Below are positions 49,960-55,607 of a stretch of DNA of 55,607 nucleotides, piece by piece. The DNA lies in NCBI GenBank assembly GCA_033763455.1, contig JANRKO010000048.1:1-55607 (forward strand), written 5' to 3'. This stretch comes from Polyangiaceae bacterium. Its GTDB lineage: Bacteria > Myxococcota_A > Polyangia > Polyangiales > Polyangiaceae. The number at the start of each line of letters is the position of its first letter. Within the stretch, counting starts at the first letter, position 1. Both the position numbers and the translations under genes were made by a program. Under the pieces are notes generated by a model. That model saw only the letters and a program-made list of their open reading frames with translations. It had not been told where the DNA came from and searched no databases.

Positions 49960-50838
49960 TCAGGTTAAGCGTTCGGCGACTCGTTCTCTCAAGCCAGGCG
50001 TGAGTTGCTCGATAGCACCTTCCGGCAGTGCCAGGAGCGACTTGGCTGCAGAGATCCGCGCCGAAATGGCATCAAGATCAACAGGCCCAAGGTAGAGGCC
50101 CTCACGCTTGGCGAGGTCGTTGGCGAGCACGATGAAGTTCGTGACACTTCGCGGCGCGGCTTCGTCCAATTGGTCAGAGCTGCGGATGGCTTCACTCACA
50201 ACCTCCGGCATTTCCCATTTAATTGCGAGGGCCAAGCCCGCCTGCCGATGAACTTCGTTGATCCACTCGATCCATTCATCAACGTTAAGCCAGTGCTGCG
50301 TGGCTTTACCCCGCAAGCGCCGTTCCGCATCAAGCAACAAACCAGCCACCACTGGCTTTCCAATGTCGTGAAGCAAGCCTCCCAGATACCCAGCTTCGGC
50401 GGCATCATCATCGATCGCGCCGAACGCAAGTAACTCGCGAGTAAGGAGCCCAACCGCAACAGAATGCTGCCACAAGGTCCGACAAGCTTGATTGATGGCA
50501 GGATCTTGGGATGCGAAAACTCTTTCCGCTGCGATCTGGAGCAGAAGCGTTCGCAATCTCAACGCTCCCAAACGCCCCACTGCTTGCAGGATGGACACTG
50601 CTGGCTGGGCCGCGGCAAGAGCGACGCTATTAACTAGGCGAATGCAGCGCAAGGCCACTACGGGGTCCGACTCCAACGTTCTGGCCACCTCAGCCATGTC
50701 GAACTCGGGCTTGCGCAGAGTAGCGAGGGCCTTCACCAACACAGTAGGGAAAGCAGCTGCGATCATTCGCTCATGGGTTATCTTGCGCAGCACGGCAGCC
50801 TGCAGATCTGCGCGCAGATCCGGACCTAGTGCAGCCAC
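49960..50838 (-). CDS. HDOD domain protein
   Basis: DP.....IRLVNS, AVGRLG, LWQHS, GLLHDIGK, H...G..LA.KW.MP motifs. Confidence 0.92.
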   Translation of the reverse strand: MAALGPDLRADLQAAVLRKITHERMIAAAFPTVLVKALATLRKPEFDMAEVARTLESDPVVALRCIRLVNSVALAAAQPAVSILQAVGRLGALRLRTLLLQIAAERVFASQDPAINQACRTLWQHSVAVGLLTRELLAFGAIDDDAAEAGYLGGLLHDIGKPVVAGLLLDAERRLRGKATQHWLNVDEWIEWINEVHRQAGLALAIKWEMPEVVSEAIRSSDQLDEAAPRSVTNFIVLANDLAKREGLYLGPVDLDAISARISAAKSLLALPEGAIEQLTPGLRERVAERLT

Positions 50839-51083
50839 TCTTGGTAACCTTCCACGCGTTTCACAATCGGCTGTCTTTTATCAGGCTTCCCGAGGAAAAC
50901 CAACAGCCCCGGGGGGACCGGCCATCGCGGCCCGCTCACGAAACCTAGCCACTGGCCGGAGCCAGGTAGGTGCAGGGAGTCACTGGCCCCTTCCGCTCAT
51001 CCCCGGGATTAACAGCCTTGGTGACGACGGCATTTGCGATAGTAATCTGCTTCGATCACCTCTTCCATCAAAGGCTCGGACTT

Positions 51084-51653
51084 ATGCCCATGTTCTTAAC
51101 CCCCAAACACGCTGCTCTAGTTTCCGCCCTCCTCATCGGAGGCGCCCTCGCCACTGAGGCAGCCCTGGCCAAGCCAGGCGCACCTGGGCCCCAAGCAGCT
51201 GCGGCCAAGAAGGACCACAAGGACCACAAGGACCACAAGGATAAGAGCAAGAATAAAGAGAAGGATAACGACAAAGACAAAGCTGAAGAGCGCATCGCAA
51301 AGATGCAGGAGCGGCGCTCGCAAGCATTGGAAGAAGCCGGGATCACGGGCCCACGCGCCAAGCAGGTCCTGGACGCAACGCATTCCGTCGACCAAGAGCG
51401 ACTCGACCTTATGAAAAAGGTCATGGAAAAGCGCCGTGCCCTACAAGCCCTGCTAGACGGCGGCAGCAAAGATGATGCGGCCTTTGCGCCGCTCATTGCG
51501 GCCCTCCGCACATTGGAGCGCAATGTGGCCGCGCTCCGCGATCGCGAGCTGGATGCAATGGCCAAGATCTTGAAGCCAAGCGAAATCGCCAAGCTGCTCA
51601 TCGCCCGCGGCTGGGGCGATCGCGGGCGGCGGGGGGAAGGTGCCGGGAACTAA
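51084..51653 (+). CDS. Spy/CpxP-like periplasmic helical protein with (KDH)3 repeat
   Basis: Signal peptide; AAGGACCAC x3 at 51210-51236; helical body ending ILKPSEIAKL (LTxxQ-like). Confidence 0.65.
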   Translation: MPMFLTPKHAALVSALLIGGALATEAALAKPGAPGPQAAAAKKDHKDHKDHKDKSKNKEKDNDKDKAEERIAKMQERRSQALEEAGITGPRAKQVLDATHSVDQERLDLMKKVMEKRRALQALLDGGSKDDAAFAPLIAALRTLERNVAALRDRELDAMAKILKPSEIAKLLIARGWGDRGRRGEGAGN

Positions 51654-52755
51654 GCAAAGCCTTCGGTTGCAATCTCAGGTTTTTTTCTCGAAGCCCGAGA
51701 AATGGTCTTTCGATTGCGTAATGAGCCGCAGAGGCAAGCACTACAACAAGAGGTAAGCCCACGCTAAGAACAAAAAGGGTGCTTTGGGCCGCAAACGGAA
51801 ACATGCGACGCACAGCTTCCAGAGCTGTAACGTGAGTGAGGTAGGCAGCGTAGCTAATGCGACCACCGAAGGTGATCCACCGCCGGCTGAGTAGCGGCGC
51901 CAGCCAATTTTCGGGCTGAAGTGCCACTGACCCGACCAACAGCGTGAGCAACACGCACAGTGAAAAGTACGGCGTATTGGGAAAAATGAGCGCTACCACC
52001 GCGCCCCCTAGTAAGAGCGGAGCCAAAGGCCGCCAGGTCAAGAAGCGCTCAAAGACGCGAAACGTACGCTCGCCGTCGAGCAATAGAGCGAGCAAAGATC
52101 CGAGGCCAATCGGCAACGCAAAACTTGTTACCACGCGCTGGTGCGCAGCAAGCCAAGGCAACGCCGCGAGGCCTCCGTGCTCCAACGCCCAATCCCCGCC
52201 AATGAGCACCAAGAGCACGAGCAATAAGAGCGCACGCGGGCGAACGAACGCTACGAGCAATGGCCAAAATACGTAGAATTGCTCTTCAACGCACAGCGAC
52301 CACGAAAATGCAAACGGAACGGCGTGCCTCACATCGTAATTCGCGAACCAATTGGCAGTGTAGGTTGCATGATAATACCAATTATCGAAAAGGTGTTCGC
52401 GCTCCGCGTGGTCCGCTGGAAGTATCCACGCGTAGCCGAGGAGGGTGAGCCCAAGCACAGTGTAGTAGAGCGGAAAGATTCGGAGTGCGCGCCGCCCCCA
52501 GAATAAACGCAAGCTCACCTTTCCCTGCGCGCGTTGTTCCCGAACTAGCAACGTGGTAATCAGAAAGCCACTCAAGGCGAAAAATAGATCTACCCCGACG
52601 GCCCCTTTGCCCCAAATGCCCGCGAGTGGTCGCGGCGTTGCGTGGTGCACAATCACCGGCAAGATCGCTAGGCAGCGCAAGCCATCCAACCCATCGAAAC
52701 GCTTGGTTTCCAGATACTGCAGGTGGGTCAGACTCACGGGGCGGTCCTCGCTCAC
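51598..52755 (-). CDS. Acyltransferase-3 (OafA-like)
   Basis: LDGLR, GVDLFFALSGFLIT, RRALRIFPLYY, WSLCVEEQFY, GRISY..YL.H and IERP motifs. Confidence 0.94.
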   Translation of the reverse strand: MSEDRPVSLTHLQYLETKRFDGLDGLRCLAILPVIVHHATPRPLAGIWGKGAVGVDLFFALSGFLITTLLVREQRAQGKVSLRLFWGRRALRIFPLYYTVLGLTLLGYAWILPADHAEREHLFDNWYYHATYTANWFANYDVRHAVPFAFSWSLCVEEQFYVFWPLLVAFVRPRALLLLVLLVLIGGDWALEHGGLAALPWLAAHQRVVTSFALPIGLGSLLALLLDGERTFRVFERFLTWRPLAPLLLGGAVVALIFPNTPYFSLCVLLTLLVGSVALQPENWLAPLLSRRWITFGGRISYAAYLTHVTALEAVRRMFPFAAQSTLFVLSVGLPLVVVLASAAHYAIERPFLGLREKNLRLQPKALLSSRHLPPAARDRPSRGR

Positions 52756-52786
52756 AGGGCGGGGTCAGGTCAAACTTGGGCAAAGC

Positions 52787-53245
52787 TCAATGAGCGAGCT
52801 GGGCTCGGTCTAGAAGAAAGTATTTTGGAGCGAGGTAAAATTCATTACCGTGCGCGTAGCGATAACCTATAGCCAGAGTTAACAACTGCTGCATCCCCCA
52901 AATGTCGGTGCTACGTGGGGCATCCCAAGGGTACACCGGAGCACCCAGCCACGCGCCGGACATAAGCGCCGCGTTGCCACCTGCTTCTTTATCAAATCCC
53001 AATGTGGCACCCAGCAGAAGGCCCGGTTCGCCCGCGGCGTAGATGACCGTGTCCTTGCCTTCACCGAGGCTAAAGGCTTGCCCAGTGGCAACGCTTAAGA
53101 TCGAATGCCCTCCTTTGGCCTCCCATCCCAACCTTGGGCCATCGCCAGCACGATACGCGAACACGGGCCCCAACCCCGCGTGGCAACCACTCACGCTGCC
53201 GGCCAGTAAGATGCCCATTGACGCTGAGTGCCTAAGAAAACGCAT
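52787..53245 (-). CDS. Hypothetical lipoprotein, beta-strand-rich
   Basis: VSGC lipobox; alternating Gly/hydrophobic strands. Confidence 0.6.
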   Translation of the reverse strand: MRFLRHSASMGILLAGSVSGCHAGLGPVFAYRAGDGPRLGWEAKGGHSILSVATGQAFSLGEGKDTVIYAAGEPGLLLGATLGFDKEAGGNAALMSGAWLGAPVYPWDAPRSTDIWGMQQLLTLAIGYRYAHGNEFYLAPKYFLLDRAQLAH

Positions 53246-53406
53246 GCTACAGATCCTAAAGGAGGTGCGGCCAGGCGTCTCCAGCCAAACTCGAACTACC
53301 TAAGTTCAGTACAGCACAGCGCCCTGTGGCCCATGCTGTTCCCGGTTTTTAACCCGGCTTTGGGGCTCGATTGCCCCCTTTCGGGCCCCCGACTAGCCTC
53401 CGCGCC

Positions 53407-54312
53407 ATGCCCACCATGGACGCCGTACTCCCGCTCACGCTACGCGACGTGGGCCGCGCCGAGATACTGCGGTGCTCTCTCGCGAAATTTTTTCCAGAGC
53501 TTGGCACCTTGTGGGTAGTGGTCCCGGACAAGCAGGTCGCCAAGATTGAGGATGCCCTCGCTCATCAACAGAGAGGGGCCGCGCCAGTACGCGTGGTACC
53601 GGAAACTGAGATAGTTCCTGAGTTCGCTCTCACTCCGGGACTTGGAGGTTGGTATCGCCAACAGCTTATCAAGCTGGCCATCTCTGAGCACGTGGGGACC
53701 CGCGCGTATCTTACGCTCGATGCCGACGTAATCGCCACCAGGCCATTCACCGTTGAAGAGGCGGCACCTGAAAAGGTGCCGTATTATGTGATCCCTGAAG
53801 ATCTTCATCCGCGCTGGTATCAGCGTTCGGAAGCTGTGTTGGGGATGAAAGCTGTGCGGCGCGGCGTGGTACACAACGTAACGCCCGCTATCTTGGTGCG
53901 CGACGCAGTATTCGAAATTCGGGACTACTTTGAGAAAAAGACCCTTACCTTAGGTGTGCGAGGCATTAAACAAGCCACCGCTCTAACCAGGGCGAAATTT
54001 TCAGGCAAAAATGGCTTTGCCCGCTGGCGTATTATGTTGGCGGCCGGAGCTCCCTGGACGGAATACGCGCTCTACTACACGTACCTGGAAGGCACCGGGC
54101 ACATCTCTCGCTACCACACAGAAGTGAACAGCGCCATTTACGATATTGAGCGCTCGTGCTGGTACAAAGACAAGGTAAACTTCGGCGAATGGGATCCGAA
54201 AGCCTGCTTTGAAGGGTCCGGGCCACCTTGGTTTGTTGTGGTGCAATCCAATACCGGGCTGGAGCCCACTCTGGTTTGGGACAAAGTTAGAAGTTATATT
54301 GCAACCGAGTAA
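53407..54312 (+). CDS. DUF6492-like protein (GT-A-like, DxD)
   Basis: GWYRQQLIKL, YLTLDADVI, TPAIL and WTEYALY motifs. Confidence 0.7.
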   Translation: MPTMDAVLPLTLRDVGRAEILRCSLAKFFPELGTLWVVVPDKQVAKIEDALAHQQRGAAPVRVVPETEIVPEFALTPGLGGWYRQQLIKLAISEHVGTRAYLTLDADVIATRPFTVEEAAPEKVPYYVIPEDLHPRWYQRSEAVLGMKAVRRGVVHNVTPAILVRDAVFEIRDYFEKKTLTLGVRGIKQATALTRAKFSGKNGFARWRIMLAAGAPWTEYALYYTYLEGTGHISRYHTEVNSAIYDIERSCWYKDKVNFGEWDPKACFEGSGPPWFVVVQSNTGLEPTLVWDKVRSYIATE

Positions 54313-54327
54313 CCGCAGCGGAAACCC

Positions 54328-55506
54328 ATGTGGGCACGTATTTCTGAGGTTTGGAAGAAAACCGAACTCGGTGCCCGCGAGCAAACGCTAACTATTTGGG
54401 TCTTCCTGCGCTGCCTCGGGCTCGTCTACCTAGTGGCCTTCTGGTCGCTTGGCACACAGGTGCTCGGTCTTGTGGGCGAAAATGGGCTTTTGCCAGCAGG
54501 TGCATTCTTGCGCAGAGTCGCCCAGAGTGCGGGGGCAAGCGCCTATTGGCAGGTGCCAACTCTGTGTTGGCTCAGCTCCAGCGACACCACGCTCATTCTG
54601 CTGTGTGTCGCGGGGGCCGCGTTCGCACTGGCGCTCATGGCGGGTGTGGTACCGCGCCTATGCCTGTTTGCTTGCTACGTCATGTACCTGTCGCTGGCCA
54701 GCGTCTGCCAGGATTTTCTCTGGTTCCAGTGGGATAGCTTGCTGCTGGAAGCGTCGTTTCTGAGTGTCTTTTTGGCACCTATGTGCGTGCGCCAAAGTCT
54801 CACCGCACTCCGGCCGCCGCCAGTCGTTGGGCTATACCTCCTGCGTTGGCTCATCTTTCGACTCATGTTGGCGTCAGCTGCTGTGAAGCTGACGAGTGGT
54901 GACCCAGCCTGGCGTGATCTTACTGCGCTCACGTTTCACTACGAAACACAGCCGTTGCCCAGTTGGACGGCTTGGTACGCGCACCTGTTGCCTCTCGGCT
55001 TTCAGAAAGCCTCCGCGCTCGGGATGTTTGCAATCGAAGGCCCGTGCGCGTTCTTGGTATTTGCACCCCGGCGGCTACGCATAGCGGGAGCTCTTGCCTT
55101 CATCTTTCTTCAGTTGCTCATTCTGGGGACCGGTAGCTACGGTTTTTTCAACCTGCTCACCATCGTGCTTTGTATCCCACTTTTCGATGATCGATGCTGG
55201 CCAAGGTGGCTACAGCAACGCGCCCAATCAAGTACGCAAAGCCAAGAAACGGTCGAGGGACCTTCATTCTCGGGACGCCGCCGGTTCGCTTCCCTCGGCG
55301 CTGCGTGCATCTTGGTTTGGCTCAGCTTGGTCCCGCTATGTGGCGCTCTTCACTGTTCGACCGAATGGCTCGGCCCCGCGGCACCTGCCGTGCAGGAGCT
55401 CGCTCCATTTCGCTTGATAAACCATTACGGCTTGTTCGCGGTGATGACCACCGAACGCCAGGAGCTAGTTAGTTCTCATCCAGAAACGGCAAGAGCTCGA
55501 AAATAA
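54328..55506 (+). CDS. Lipase maturation factor (LMF) family protein, C-terminally truncated
   Basis: GLVGENGLLP, FQWDSLLLE, FRLM...VKL, HYETQPLP and YGLFAVMTTER motifs; similarity stops near 55470. Confidence 0.9.
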   Translation: MWARISEVWKKTELGAREQTLTIWVFLRCLGLVYLVAFWSLGTQVLGLVGENGLLPAGAFLRRVAQSAGASAYWQVPTLCWLSSSDTTLILLCVAGAAFALALMAGVVPRLCLFACYVMYLSLASVCQDFLWFQWDSLLLEASFLSVFLAPMCVRQSLTALRPPPVVGLYLLRWLIFRLMLASAAVKLTSGDPAWRDLTALTFHYETQPLPSWTAWYAHLLPLGFQKASALGMFAIEGPCAFLVFAPRRLRIAGALAFIFLQLLILGTGSYGFFNLLTIVLCIPLFDDRCWPRWLQQRAQSSTQSQETVEGPSFSGRRRFASLGAACILVWLSLVPLCGALHCSTEWLGPAAPAVQELAPFRLINHYGLFAVMTTERQELVSSHPETARARK

Positions 55507-55607
55507 AGCTGTTCTTGATGGTTAATGATGGAAATAAAAGCATCGGAGTGCGTGTTTTCTCGGGGTTCCTCCAAGAACGCTCGAAAGAAACGGCACTCCG
55601 ATGCGAG

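Overview
GC-rich bacterial window, most likely Myxococcota (Cys-rich lipoproteins with Gly/Thr linkers, MYXO-CTERM-like tails). All family calls come from motif recognition, not database searches. About 4-34 kb is a composite defence island built from tandem, decaying integrative elements targeting tRNA-Arg(CCG). It contains a DUF4236-TerB protein, an IS91 remnant, a type III CBASS (CdnC-like CD-NTase, HORMA, TRIP13, HNH-SAVED) with a divergent CapH/CapP-like pair, a Gabija-like OLD nuclease + UvrD pair with a coupled third ORF, a Zn-ribbon/TM/PD-(D/E)XK protein and a type I R-M operon with an embedded DUF4365 pair. Two 74-bp att repeats carry the 3' half of tRNA-Arg(CCG); the second lies inside an integrase-tail/excisionase reading frame, and the first reads into a second excisionase tail. 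About 34.8-55.6 kb looks like host backbone: lycopene-cyclase-like protein, sAC-like cyclase/STAND, DUF2236 oxygenase, rsmG, hisC, EamA, HDOD, acyltransferase-3 and LMF, plus two internally deleted genes. Best candidates for something undescribed: (1) a lipoprotein with MACPF-like signatures fused to a perforin-type C2 domain (20842-21957), followed by a possible partner or immunity gene; (2) the Int-att-Xis split-gene switch with arm-type repeats; (3) the membrane-anchored PD-(D/E)XK nuclease.
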